29,163 nt of DNA from Vulcanimicrobiota bacterium (GCA_003135555.1 PLCF01000017.1:20353-49515); one strand, 5' to 3'. Counted from the stretch's first letter, positions 9,107-18,496 are shown. The notes: a model not told the origin generated them from the letters alone. Program-made: numbers and translations.

Positions 9107-12046
9107 TTATCCCGAGCTCCGGTCAGGGTCAAGGGCCGCGGCATAGACCTCGGCGACGTGAAGCGCGCGGCGCCCGGCGCCGTGAGCGATTTGATGTTTG
9201 CAGCTCATCCCGTCGGCGACGACGAGCGTGTCGGCGCCGGCGGACCGCACGGCGGGGAGCAGATCGTGCTCCGCCATGCGCATCGAAACCTCGTAGTGCT
9301 CCGTTTCGTAGCCGAACATTCCGGCCATTCCACAGCACGACGATTCGATCAACGTCGCCTGGAGTCCGGGGATCGCGCCGAGCGCGCGCACGACCGAGGG
9401 CATCAGACCGAAGGCTTTTTGGTGGCAGTGCCCGTGCACGACGGCGCGCCGCTCGAACGGGCGCAACGGTGGCGACCAGCGTTCCGCCTCGAGCTCCCGA
9501 GCGACGAACTCCTCGAACAGCACGGCCTGCGACGCGAGCGTCCGAGCTGCCTCGCCGGGGACGAGCGCGAGGAACTCGTCGCGCAGCGTCAACAGGCACG
9601 ACGGTTCCAATCCGACGATCGGCACCCCGCGTGCGGCGTACGGCGCCAGCGCCGCGATGGTGCGCCGCGCCTCCGCGCGCGCTTCGTCGAGCAGCCCTGC
9701 GCCCAGGTAGGTACGTCCGCAGCACAACGGCCGTGCGCCCGCGCCGGCGAACGTCACGGCGTAGCCCGCCGCGCGCAGCACGCGTTCCGCCGCCCGCGCG
9801 ACATCGGCTTCGAAATAGCGGTTGAAGGTATCGACGAACAACACGACCTCGCCGTTGGTCGCCGCCGGCGCCGGGGCGGGCGGGCGCTCGCGAAACGGCT
9901 GCGCGTGCCAACGCGGCAGCGGGCGCTTCGCGGTGAAGCCGGTGGCGCGCTCGAGCAGCCGCGCCGCGCCGGGGATGCGGTCGCGCAGGTTGGCCAGTCG
10001 CCGCAACGGGCCGGCGCGGTGCGCGGCGCGCGGGAGCGCGGCCACGACCCGGTCGCCCAGCGGCGTGCCGTGCTCCTTGCGGTAGCGCGCGAGAAATTCG
10101 ATCTTCATCCGGGCCATGTCGACGCCGGTCGGGCACTCGCGGCGACACGCCTTGCACGACACGCACAGGTCGAGCGCGTCGTAGAGCTCGCGTGAGGTCA
10201 GGCCGGCCGGTCCGAGCTGACCGGTCAACGCGAGGCGCAGCGCGTTGGCGCGGCCGCGCGTGACGTGATGCTCGTCATCGGTGACGCGGTACGACGGACA
10301 CATCGCGCCCGGCTCGCTCTTACGGCAGGCGCCGTTGTTGTTGCACATCTCGACGGCACCGCTAAAGGAGTCGAACTCGGACCAGTCCAGCTCCGTCTTT
10401 AGCGGCAGCGGAGCATAGTTCGGCCCGTAGCGGAACAGGCTGCGGTCGTCCATCTTCGGAGCGTCGACGATCTTGCCCGGGTTGAGCGTGCCGTCGGGAT
10501 CGAACGCGCGCTTGACGTCGCGGAACGCCTCCACGATGCGCGGCCCGAACATCGCCGCGTGGAACTCCGAGCGCACGATCCCGTCGCCGTGTTCGCCCGA
10601 ATGGGCGCCGCCGTACTCGCGCACGATCGCAAACGCCTCCTCGGCGATCGCGCGCAGCTTGCCGACGTCTTCGCCGCGCTTCACGTTGAGCACCGGGCGC
10701 ACGTGCAGACAGCCGACCGCCGCGTGCGCGTAGAACGTTCCCGTCGTACCGTACTTCGCGAAGATCGCGTTGAGCCGCTCGGTGTACGCGGCGAGGTGCT
10801 GCAGCGGGATCGCGCAATCCTCGATGATCGAGATCGGCTTGGAATCGCCGCGCATCGAGGTCATGATGTTGAGCCCGGCGGCGCGGACTTCCCACATCTC
10901 GCTCTGCGCTTTGGGCTCGCTCAGCTGCACCACGCCGTCGGCGAAGCCGAGCCCCGCCATCGTGTCGTCGAGCGCGTCGAGCTTCTCGAGCAGCGGCGCC
11001 GGGTCGTCGCCGGCGAACTCGACGAGCAGCAGCGACCCCGGTTCGCCGCGGACGTATTTCGCCATGATCGGCGCGAACGCCGCGATCTCGCGCGACAGCT
11101 CGATCATGGTGCGGTCGACCAGCTCCACGGCGACCGGGTCGAGCGCGACCAAGGCTTGGATCGAGCGCATCGCGTCGCCGAAGGTCGGGAAATGGCACAC
11201 CCCGAGCACCTTGGCGCGCGGCAGCGGCTGCAGCTCGAGGTCGAGCGCGTTGAAGAAGGCCAGCGTGCCTTCCGACCCAATCAGCAGCTTGGCCATGTTG
11301 AAATCGCCGCTGCCGACTGTCTGAATCGCGTAGCCGCCGACGTGGCGCTGGAGCTTGGGGATCCGGGCGTCGATCTCGGCCGCTTCGCGCGCCGCGATGG
11401 CTCGGACTCGGGCCACGAGCTCGCCGTAGCGCTGCGGTGCGGGGTATTCGTCCGACGCAGCGACCGGACCGAAATACGCGCGCGTCCCGTCGGCGAGCAC
11501 CGCGTCGATCCCGGCCACGTTGTCGGCCATGATCCCGTAGCGGATCGAGCGCGCCCCCGAGCTGTTGTTGGCTGCCATCCCGCCCAGCGTGGCGCGGCTC
11601 GCGGTCGACGGGTCGATTGGGAAGAACAGGCCGTGGGGCCGTAGTTCGCGGTTGAGGTCGTCGAGCACGAGGCCGGGCTCGACCCGCACGCGGCGCGCGC
11701 TGGTGTCTAGCGAGATCACGTTGCGCAGGTACTTGCTGGTGTCGACGATGAGCCCGTGGTTGACGGTCTGCCCGCACTGCGAGGTGCCGCCGCCGCGCGC
11801 CGTGACCGGGATGCCGTGCTCGCGCGCGATCGCGATCGTCGCCGCGACGTCGTCCGCCGTGCGCGGCACGACGACGCCCAGCGGAAAGATCTGATAGATC
11901 GACGCATCGGTCGCGTACATCCCGCGCGTCAGCCGGTCGAACGCGACCTCGCCGCGGATCTCGGCGCGCAGCTTCGCCTCGATTCGCCGAGCAAGCACGG
12001 GTTCGCGCTCCGCATCGGAATGCGGCGCCGTTACAGACGTGCTCAC
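9107..12046 (-). CDS. FAD-linked oxidase / 4Fe-4S / CCG-domain oxidoreductase (GlcD-GlcF/YdiJ-type fusion)
   Basis: YATDASIY, RGGGTSQCGQ, GSEGTL, GEHGDG, CNNNGAC..MCPS, CVSCKACRRECP and two CCG motifs. GTG 12046 chosen to avoid overlap with the divergent gene. Confidence 0.93.
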   Translation of the reverse strand: MSTSVTAPHSDAEREPVLARRIEAKLRAEIRGEVAFDRLTRGMYATDASIYQIFPLGVVVPRTADDVAATIAIAREHGIPVTARGGGTSQCGQTVNHGLIVDTSKYLRNVISLDTSARRVRVEPGLVLDDLNRELRPHGLFFPIDPSTASRATLGGMAANNSSGARSIRYGIMADNVAGIDAVLADGTRAYFGPVAASDEYPAPQRYGELVARVRAIAAREAAEIDARIPKLQRHVGGYAIQTVGSGDFNMAKLLIGSEGTLAFFNALDLELQPLPRAKVLGVCHFPTFGDAMRSIQALVALDPVAVELVDRTMIELSREIAAFAPIMAKYVRGEPGSLLLVEFAGDDPAPLLEKLDALDDTMAGLGFADGVVQLSEPKAQSEMWEVRAAGLNIMTSMRGDSKPISIIEDCAIPLQHLAAYTERLNAIFAKYGTTGTFYAHAAVGCLHVRPVLNVKRGEDVGKLRAIAEEAFAIVREYGGAHSGEHGDGIVRSEFHAAMFGPRIVEAFRDVKRAFDPDGTLNPGKIVDAPKMDDRSLFRYGPNYAPLPLKTELDWSEFDSFSGAVEMCNNNGACRKSEPGAMCPSYRVTDDEHHVTRGRANALRLALTGQLGPAGLTSRELYDALDLCVSCKACRRECPTGVDMARMKIEFLARYRKEHGTPLGDRVVAALPRAAHRAGPLRRLANLRDRIPGAARLLERATGFTAKRPLPRWHAQPFRERPPAPAPAATNGEVVLFVDTFNRYFEADVARAAERVLRAAGYAVTFAGAGARPLCCGRTYLGAGLLDEARAEARRTIAALAPYAARGVPIVGLEPSCLLTLRDEFLALVPGEAARTLASQAVLFEEFVARELEAERWSPPLRPFERRAVVHGHCHQKAFGLMPSVVRALGAIPGLQATLIESSCCGMAGMFGYETEHYEVSMRMAEHDLLPAVRSAGADTLVVADGMSCKHQIAHGAGRRALHVAEVYAAALDPDRSSG

Positions 12047-12132
12047 GCGGAAAGGTGGGGCAACCAATCCCCATTCGGCCGCGGCGTCGTCGTCGTCGGG
12101 AAAGCGCATCGTGACGCCGAAGAGCCACACGC

Positions 12133-13155
12133 ATGCCGACCCTGCGCGTCGTTTTGGCAATCGCCATGGCAACCGCCGCCGCCCTCGTCCTTCAGCGCCC
12201 CGCGTCCGCCGCGCAGACGATCGTCGCCGCGGACCCGACGCGCACCAGCGCCGTCTCGTTGAGCGACGCTTCGACGACGGTGACCAAGGCCGGTCACACC
12301 GACTTCTCCCACGTGCTGTGCCTCGCGTTCGTCAACCACGGGCCTCGCACGGCGACGAAAGTGGGCTTCAGCCTGGCCAACGTCGACGCGACCGGAACGG
12401 TTCTCGGCGTCGACACCTTGTACCCGACCGGCAAGTTTCCGGTCGACAAGCGGTCGGCGTTCTCCGGCGGCTCGCGCTTTATCGCCGTCTCTCCCAACGG
12501 CAACTGCCACGATACCGTAGTGGAACATACGCCGGTCCGGTCGGCGCTCGACTTCAAGCCGTCGCGGCGCGAGCCGGAAGTGGCGGTCGCCGCGGTCCTC
12601 GTTTCCGTGCGAGAGATCATCTACGACGACGGAACCGCGTGGCACACCGACGACGTCCCGAAAACCGGGGATCACCTGCCGCTGCCGAGCCCGCCGCCGT
12701 TCGTCGCCGCGGTTCCCGCCGGTCTGCCGGTGGTGACGGCCGCGACCGTCCCCGGATCGCCGTTCGAGGCGGTGGACGCATACGGGTTCGCGGAGACAGG
12801 CAGTCCCGGCGGTCCGCCGTTCGGCTTCAGCCGCTACGCCTGCGCGCAGTTCGCGATGCGCGATCCGCGCGCCGTGAAGCGCATGGAGTTCGGCGTTGAG
12901 CTCGTCGACCGCAACGGCATCATCGCGATGACGAACAGCGTCGACTCGTTCAGTTTGCGAGGAGGACTGATCCTTACGTGCCCGGAGCTCTTCGGAAAAT
13001 TCGACGCCGACACGTTCGTGTACGAGTGGCCGGGCCACTCGCTTCCGCTCGGCCGCGTCGTCGTCGTTCCGGTCTTCGCGCAATTCGCCGACGGAACGTT
13101 GTGGCGTTCGGCGGCGCCGCCGAAGATCGGCGATCCCGCGACGCCACCCTCGTAG
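12133..13155 (+). CDS. Secreted hypothetical protein with two repeated beta-rich domains (paralog A)
   Basis: Signal peptide ending ASA; two units (CxxF...D..G...C...Y/F.DGTxW); clearly similar to 15130..16179. Confidence 0.8.
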   Translation: MPTLRVVLAIAMATAAALVLQRPASAAQTIVAADPTRTSAVSLSDASTTVTKAGHTDFSHVLCLAFVNHGPRTATKVGFSLANVDATGTVLGVDTLYPTGKFPVDKRSAFSGGSRFIAVSPNGNCHDTVVEHTPVRSALDFKPSRREPEVAVAAVLVSVREIIYDDGTAWHTDDVPKTGDHLPLPSPPPFVAAVPAGLPVVTAATVPGSPFEAVDAYGFAETGSPGGPPFGFSRYACAQFAMRDPRAVKRMEFGVELVDRNGIIAMTNSVDSFSLRGGLILTCPELFGKFDADTFVYEWPGHSLPLGRVVVVPVFAQFADGTLWRSAAPPKIGDPATPPS

Positions 13156-13213
13156 CATCTCTCGCCGCAGGTCACGTTCCGAACGGTGCGCCGGCGCCGC
13201 GGTCGCGCTCAAC

Positions 13214-14404
13214 TCAGACACCCGCCAGTGCGGGTGCGCCCTCGGTTGCGAGATATGCGAGCGCCGGCGAGACGCCGTCGCCGTGCGGGATCCCGGCGAG
13301 CTCGAGCCCCATCTGCACCCCGCACAACGTCCCGGCGAGCATGAGGTCGTTGAACGAGCCCAGGTGGCCGATGCGGAAGACCTTGCCCTTGAGCTTGCCC
13401 AGACCGGTGCCGAGCGACATGTCGAAGTGTTCGAGGATCGTCGCGCGCAGCGCGTCCGCGTCGCTACCCTCGGGGACCAGGAGTGCGGTGAGGGTGTTCG
13501 AGTACTCGCGCGGGTCGAGCGCGAGGATCTCCAGCCCCCAGCCGCGCACCGCGCGCCGGGTTGCCTCGCCGTGACGCGCATGGCGCGCGAACACGTTCGG
13601 CAGACCCTCTTCGTGCAGCATGTGCAGCGCCTCGCGCAACCCGTAGAGCATGTTGGTCGCCGGCGTGTAGGGGAAGTAGCCGTCGCGGTTGCTCTCGAGC
13701 ATCTCGTCCCAGGCCCAGTACGAGCGCGGCAGCTTGGCCGTGCGCGACGCCGCCAGCGCCTTGTTCGAGACCGCGTTGAAGGCGAGCCCCGGCGGCAGCA
13801 TCAAGCCCTTTTGCGAGCCGCCGACGGTGACATCGACCCCCCACTCGTCGTGGCGGTAGTCGATCGAGGCGAGCGAGCTGATCGTATCGACCAGGAACAG
13901 CGCCGGATGTCCGGCGCGGTCGATCGCTGCGCGAACCTCCGCGACCCGGCTGGTGACACCGGTCGAGGTCTCGTTGTGGACGATCGCGACGGCTTTGATC
14001 GTGCGGCCGGCGTCGGCTTCGAGACGCGCGGCGATCGCCTCGGGGTCGACGCCGTGGCGCCAGTCGCCCGGCAGGATCTCGACTTCGAGTCCCAGCCGGC
14101 CGGCGAGTTTGCTCCACAGCGAGGCAAACCACCCCGTCTCAGCCATCAAGACGCGGTCGCCGGGCGAGAGGGTGTTCACCAGCGCGGCTTCCCAGGCGCC
14201 GGTCCCCGAGGCCGGATAGATCACCACCGGGCCCGCGGTCGCGAACACCGGGCGGATCAGCTCTTGGATCTCGCGCGTCAACGGCGCGAACGCCGGTCCG
14301 CGGTGATCCATCGTGGCCCGGTCGATCGCCCGCAGCACGCGCTCGGGCACGTTGGTCGGGCCGGGGATTTGCAGGAAGTGGACGCCGCTCTGGGGCTGGG
14401 GCAC
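13214..14404 (-). CDS. Class V PLP aminotransferase, serine/alanine-glyoxylate aminotransferase-like
   Basis: HFLQIPGPTNVP, DHRG, HNETSTG, VDTISS, GSQKG (PLP Lys), FPYTP, FRIGHLG; GGAGG RBS before GTG 14404. Confidence 0.94.
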   Translation of the reverse strand: MPQPQSGVHFLQIPGPTNVPERVLRAIDRATMDHRGPAFAPLTREIQELIRPVFATAGPVVIYPASGTGAWEAALVNTLSPGDRVLMAETGWFASLWSKLAGRLGLEVEILPGDWRHGVDPEAIAARLEADAGRTIKAVAIVHNETSTGVTSRVAEVRAAIDRAGHPALFLVDTISSLASIDYRHDEWGVDVTVGGSQKGLMLPPGLAFNAVSNKALAASRTAKLPRSYWAWDEMLESNRDGYFPYTPATNMLYGLREALHMLHEEGLPNVFARHARHGEATRRAVRGWGLEILALDPREYSNTLTALLVPEGSDADALRATILEHFDMSLGTGLGKLKGKVFRIGHLGSFNDLMLAGTLCGVQMGLELAGIPHGDGVSPALAYLATEGAPALAGV

Positions 14405-14443
14405 GAGCCGCCCTCCAACGTGTCGGGGTGGGATTCGGGAAAT

Positions 14444-14465
14444 CGCATATTGAATGCAAAATGCG
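14444..14465. promoter_or_regulatory. Palindromic operator candidate for GntR
   Basis: CGCATATTG-AATG-CAAAATGCG: 9-bp arms with one mismatch, AT-rich, between the divergent aminotransferase and gntR genes. Confidence 0.6.
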
Positions 14466-14471
14466 GAAATC

Positions 14472-15128
14472 ATGCTGATCGCGCGACTTTCCTTGCACGA
14501 CGAGACCGTGGCCCGGCTGCGCTCGATGATCACCGAAGGCGAGCTGCTTCCGGGCGCCCGGATCGCGGAGCGCGAGCTGTGCGATCGGTTCGGCATCTCG
14601 CGCACCCCGCTGCGGGAGGCGCTCAAGGTCCTCGCTTCGGAGGGTCTGGTCGAGCTGCTGCCGCACCGCGGCGCGCGCGTCACGCTGCTCTCGGCGCCTG
14701 AGTTGCGCGACGCCTTCGAGGTCGTCGCGGCACTCGAAGGGCTCGCCGGAGAGCTGGCGTGCCGGCGCATCGATGCGGCCGGGTTGGCGGCGATCGAGGC
14801 GCTGCACCTCGAGATGGGCGGGCATTACCGGCGCCGCGATCTGACCGCGTACTTCGCCTGCAATCAGGCCATCCACGAAGCGATCAACCGCGCCGCCGGC
14901 AACGCCCAGCTCAGCGACCTGTACGCGCTGGTCTCCAACCGCGTACGCCGCGCACGCTACCTAGCCAACCACTCGCCGGAGCGCTGGGCGCAAGCGATGC
15001 ACGAGCACGACGAGATCCTCGCGGCGCTGCGGCGACGCGACGGCCCGGCCTGTCACGCGCTGCTCCGAGCGCACCTCGCGCACAAGCTCTATTCGCTCGC
15101 CGGCCCATCCGACGACGAGGTACGCTGA
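14472..15128 (+). CDS. GntR-family regulator (FCD domain)
   Basis: ERELCDRFGISRTPLREAL wHTH; N..H and EH FCD motifs; alternative start at 14454. Confidence 0.94.
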   Translation: MLIARLSLHDETVARLRSMITEGELLPGARIAERELCDRFGISRTPLREALKVLASEGLVELLPHRGARVTLLSAPELRDAFEVVAALEGLAGELACRRIDAAGLAAIEALHLEMGGHYRRRDLTAYFACNQAIHEAINRAAGNAQLSDLYALVSNRVRRARYLANHSPERWAQAMHEHDEILAALRRRDGPACHALLRAHLAHKLYSLAGPSDDEVR

Positions 15129-15129
15129 G

Positions 15130-16179
15130 ATGATCCGTTCCCACGGCGCGCGTTCCGCGCTGCTCACGGCCGCGCTTGCCGCGACGCTGGTCGCGCTGAG
15201 CGCGGCGCGGCCCGCCGCCGCCGCGCCGCCGATCGTCGCCGACGACCCGTCGCGGCCCAGCGCGATCACGATCACCGAGGGGTCGACCTACGTGCTCAGC
15301 GGGAGCGGATTGCCGTACCGCGTGGTCTGCGTCGTTTTCGTCAACCACGGCGCGCACACGGCGACCAAGGTCGGCTTGAACCTCGCGGTGGTCGACGCGA
15401 CCGGCACGGTGCTCGGCGTCGACCTGATCTATCCGCGCGGCAAGTTCTTCGTCGACGGGCGCTCGGCGTACTCGGGCGGCGGCAGCGCGATCGAAGCACC
15501 CAACGGAAATTGCCACCCGTTCAACGCGACCCGCGACCAGCATGGATCGACGTTCTTCTACAAGATGGGGCGCGACGGGCCGCCGACGCAAGTGGCGGCG
15601 ATCCTCGTCTCGGCGCGCGAGATCGTGTACGACGACGGGACGGCGTGGCGCACCGATCTCGTTCCGCAGACAGGCGATCACGTCACGCTGCCGGCCGCGC
15701 CGCCGTTCGTCGCCGCCGTGCCGGCGGGACCGCCGCGGGTCACCCCGTCTGCGGTGGCCGGCTCGCCGATCGACGTGACGGACGCGTACAACTACGAGTA
15801 CGCCTCTGAGGAAAACGCCGGTCGGATCGCCTACATCGCGCGCAGCCGGTCGACGTGCGCGAACTTCACCAATCGCGACGCGCGCGTGGCCAAGCACGTC
15901 CGGATCGACCTCGCGCTGGTCGATCGCAAGGGCACGATCGCCGGCATCGAGGAGATGCACCCGCGCGGGACGTTCGCATCGGGCGCGAGGAACGACAACA
16001 CCGCCGGCGACTGCATCACCGTCCGCGGCCGCTGGGACGCGGACAGCTTCCTGTACGACCCCGACGCGACGCCGATCGGGCGGATCTTGGCGATCCCGGT
16101 CCTGGCCGAGTTTGCCGACGGCACGTCATGGCAGAATCCGAATCCGCCGAAGATCGGCGACGCCGTCACCGGTCCTTAA
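15130..16179 (+). CDS. Secreted hypothetical protein with two repeated beta-rich domains (paralog B)
   Basis: Signal peptide; shares FVNHG..TATKVG, VDATGTVLGVD, PNGNCH, YDDGTAW and PPKIGD with paralog A. Confidence 0.8.
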   Translation: MIRSHGARSALLTAALAATLVALSAARPAAAAPPIVADDPSRPSAITITEGSTYVLSGSGLPYRVVCVVFVNHGAHTATKVGLNLAVVDATGTVLGVDLIYPRGKFFVDGRSAYSGGGSAIEAPNGNCHPFNATRDQHGSTFFYKMGRDGPPTQVAAILVSAREIVYDDGTAWRTDLVPQTGDHVTLPAAPPFVAAVPAGPPRVTPSAVAGSPIDVTDAYNYEYASEENAGRIAYIARSRSTCANFTNRDARVAKHVRIDLALVDRKGTIAGIEEMHPRGTFASGARNDNTAGDCITVRGRWDADSFLYDPDATPIGRILAIPVLAEFADGTSWQNPNPPKIGDAVTGP

Positions 16180-17060
16180 GCCGCTTCGAGCACCGACGAC
16201 GTCGGAATCGCGTTGACGACGAGCGCGATCACGATCAGCGCCATCCCGATCGATTCGGTGAGCGACGGAATCTCGTGCAGCTGGATCGCCGCCGCGAGCA
16301 CGCCGACGACGGGCGTCGCGAGGGATGCGATCCCGGCGACCCCGGCGGGCAGGCGCGAGAGGATGAACATCCACAGCACCCAGCCCAGGGCGGCGCCGCC
16401 GATCGAGATGAACGCCATCGCGACCACGAAAGACTGGGTCCAGTGAACCGGTCCGCCGACGACGAGCATCAGTCCGATCAGCGGTAGCGCTCCCCACAGC
16501 AGCTGCCACGCGGTGAGCGGGAGCAGCTCGACGTCGTAGCGCGCGCGCAAGCGCTTGGCCCAGACCGCGCTCGCCCCCCACGAGATGCCGGCCACCACCG
16601 CCAAGCCGTCGGCGAAGAACGAGCGCGCGTCGAGCGGCGCGACGACGAAGGCGAGGCCCAGCGCCGCGAGCGTCAGGGCGACCCAACGCAGCCCGGCGAT
16701 GCGCTCGCCCAGGAACGGCCAGGCCAGCAGCGCGGTCCAGAACGGCATCGTGTATCCCAGCACCGCCGACTTTCCGGCGCCGGCTTGCGAGACGGCGATC
16801 GTTTGCAGCAGCGTCCAGCCGGTGGTCTGCAGCAACCCCAGCACCAGCGTCGGCACGAACGGCGTCGGTTTGAGCGATCGGCCCGTCAGCGCGAGAATCG
16901 CGAAGAGCACGATCGCCGCGACGCCGAGGCGCCCGCCGGCGACGACGTACGGTGAAGCGTCCTGCGTGGCGATCTTGATCGCAACCCACGTGTAGCCCCA
17001 CACCAGCGCGAGCACGACCAGCGCGACGTACACGCCGGCGCGTCGGGGCCGCTGCGTCAT
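16176..17060 (-). CDS. EamA/DMT-family transporter
   Basis: LALVWGYTWVAIK, YTMPFW...FLGERI, about 10 TM segments. Confidence 0.92.
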   Translation of the reverse strand: MTQRPRRAGVYVALVVLALVWGYTWVAIKIATQDASPYVVAGGRLGVAAIVLFAILALTGRSLKPTPFVPTLVLGLLQTTGWTLLQTIAVSQAGAGKSAVLGYTMPFWTALLAWPFLGERIAGLRWVALTLAALGLAFVVAPLDARSFFADGLAVVAGISWGASAVWAKRLRARYDVELLPLTAWQLLWGALPLIGLMLVVGGPVHWTQSFVVAMAFISIGGAALGWVLWMFILSRLPAGVAGIASLATPVVGVLAAAIQLHEIPSLTESIGMALIVIALVVNAIPTSSVLEAA

Positions 17061-17071
17061 CACGGAAGCGT

Positions 17072-17440
17072 TCAGCTTCGCATGACGATCGCGACGCCGG
17101 CCGCCGCCGAGGCGAGCCCGAACGCGAGCGCCGCGAACGCGACCCGTCGCCACCCGGCGTGCGCCGCCGGGAAACCCGGTCGGCCTCGAATGATGCCGGC
17201 GGCGAGGACGAGCAACGCGACACCGGCGCCGACAGCGACCGCAGCGAAGCAACCACAGATGAGCGATTCGACCACCGTCCGGCCGACGAGCAACACGGGC
17301 GCCGGCGGTGAGCGGAAGGGATACAGGCTGTCGTTGAGGAGCAACGGGAACATGAAGCACGCGGCGCCGATCCCGGCGACGAGCGCCCAGCGCACGGCGG
17401 CGCCGCCCACGACGGCAAACGCTTCGGACGTTCGACCCAT
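17072..17440 (-). CDS. Small hypothetical membrane protein
   Basis: 122 aa with three hydrophobic stretches; fills the gap and is co-oriented with the EamA gene. Confidence 0.5.
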   Translation of the reverse strand: MGRTSEAFAVVGGAAVRWALVAGIGAACFMFPLLLNDSLYPFRSPPAPVLLVGRTVVESLICGCFAAVAVGAGVALLVLAAGIIRGRPGFPAAHAGWRRVAFAALAFGLASAAAGVAIVMRS

Positions 17441-17491
17441 CACCACCCGTAGGCTGCATGCCGCTCGTTTTCCTACGTCGAAGGAGCCGCG

Positions 17492-18484
17492 ATGAAGCGC
17501 GGACAGTTCGGTGCGGCGGTCGGCGCCGCCGCGGTGCTCGGCACCACGCCTGCGGCGCCCGCGGCGGCGGCCCCGGAGATCTGGAGCGGCGAGTACTGGG
17601 CACACAAGGGCGCGGTGAAGCTCAACGTGTTCCGCAAGCGGCTCGCCGCGCCGGCCGCCGGCGCCGCTGCGGCACCGGTGTTGTTCCTGGTTCACGGCTC
17701 ATCGATGAGCGGCCGCTCGACCTTCGACTTGAGCGTCCCGAACCAGACCAACTATTCCATGATGGACGCCTTCGCACACTACGGTTTCGACGTGTGGACG
17801 ATGGATCACGAAGGCTACGGCCGTTCCGACCGCACCGCCGGCAACTCCGACATCGCCAGCGGCGTCGCCGACCTGCGCGCCGCGATGGAGGTCGTGCGCC
17901 GGGAGACCGGGCGCCGCAACGCCCACTTTTTCGGCGAATCGTCGGGCGGAATTCGGGCCGCGGCGTATGCCGTCGCCGCACCGGACGCGGTCGATCGGCT
18001 CGCCCTGTCAGCGTTCACTTGGACGGGAAAGGGATCGCCCACGCTGGCCAACCGCGCCAAGGACGTCGAGTTTTTCCGGACCCACAACATGCGCCCGGCG
18101 ACGCGCGAGCTCTATCGCAGCATCTTCACGCGCGACAAGCCCGGCACGGCCGACGCTGCAGTCGGCGACGCGCTCGCCGACGCCGAGTCGAAGTACGGCG
18201 ACGCGGTTCCCACCGGCACGTACCTCGACATGGTCACCAAGCTGCCGCTGGTCGATCCGGAGGCGTTGCGCGTCCCGGTCATGCTGGCCCGCGGCGAGTA
18301 CGACGGAATCTCCACCGAGGAAGACCTCATCGGATTCTTCGAACGCCTCGCCAACCGCGACAAACAATTCGTCGTCGTCGCCGGCGCCGCCCACTCGCTC
18401 GTGCTGGGCTACAACCGCGAGCGGTTCTGGTACGCGCTTAACGCGTTCCTCACCCCGCCGCCCCGGGCCGACCGGCTGGGCTGA
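17492..18484 (+). CDS. Alpha/beta hydrolase with Tat-like signal peptide
   Basis: AAGGAG RBS; LVHG, GYGRS, nucleophile elbow GESSG, GEYD, GAAH. Confidence 0.88.
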   Translation: MKRGQFGAAVGAAAVLGTTPAAPAAAAPEIWSGEYWAHKGAVKLNVFRKRLAAPAAGAAAAPVLFLVHGSSMSGRSTFDLSVPNQTNYSMMDAFAHYGFDVWTMDHEGYGRSDRTAGNSDIASGVADLRAAMEVVRRETGRRNAHFFGESSGGIRAAAYAVAAPDAVDRLALSAFTWTGKGSPTLANRAKDVEFFRTHNMRPATRELYRSIFTRDKPGTADAAVGDALADAESKYGDAVPTGTYLDMVTKLPLVDPEALRVPVMLARGEYDGISTEEDLIGFFERLANRDKQFVVVAGAAHSLVLGYNRERFWYALNAFLTPPPRADRLG

Positions 18485-18496
18485 CGCCGCGCGCGC

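Noticed and set aside
12133..16179. Diversity-generating retroelement explaining the paralog pair
   Set aside because: No reverse transcriptase in the window, and differences include indels and are not adenine-specific.
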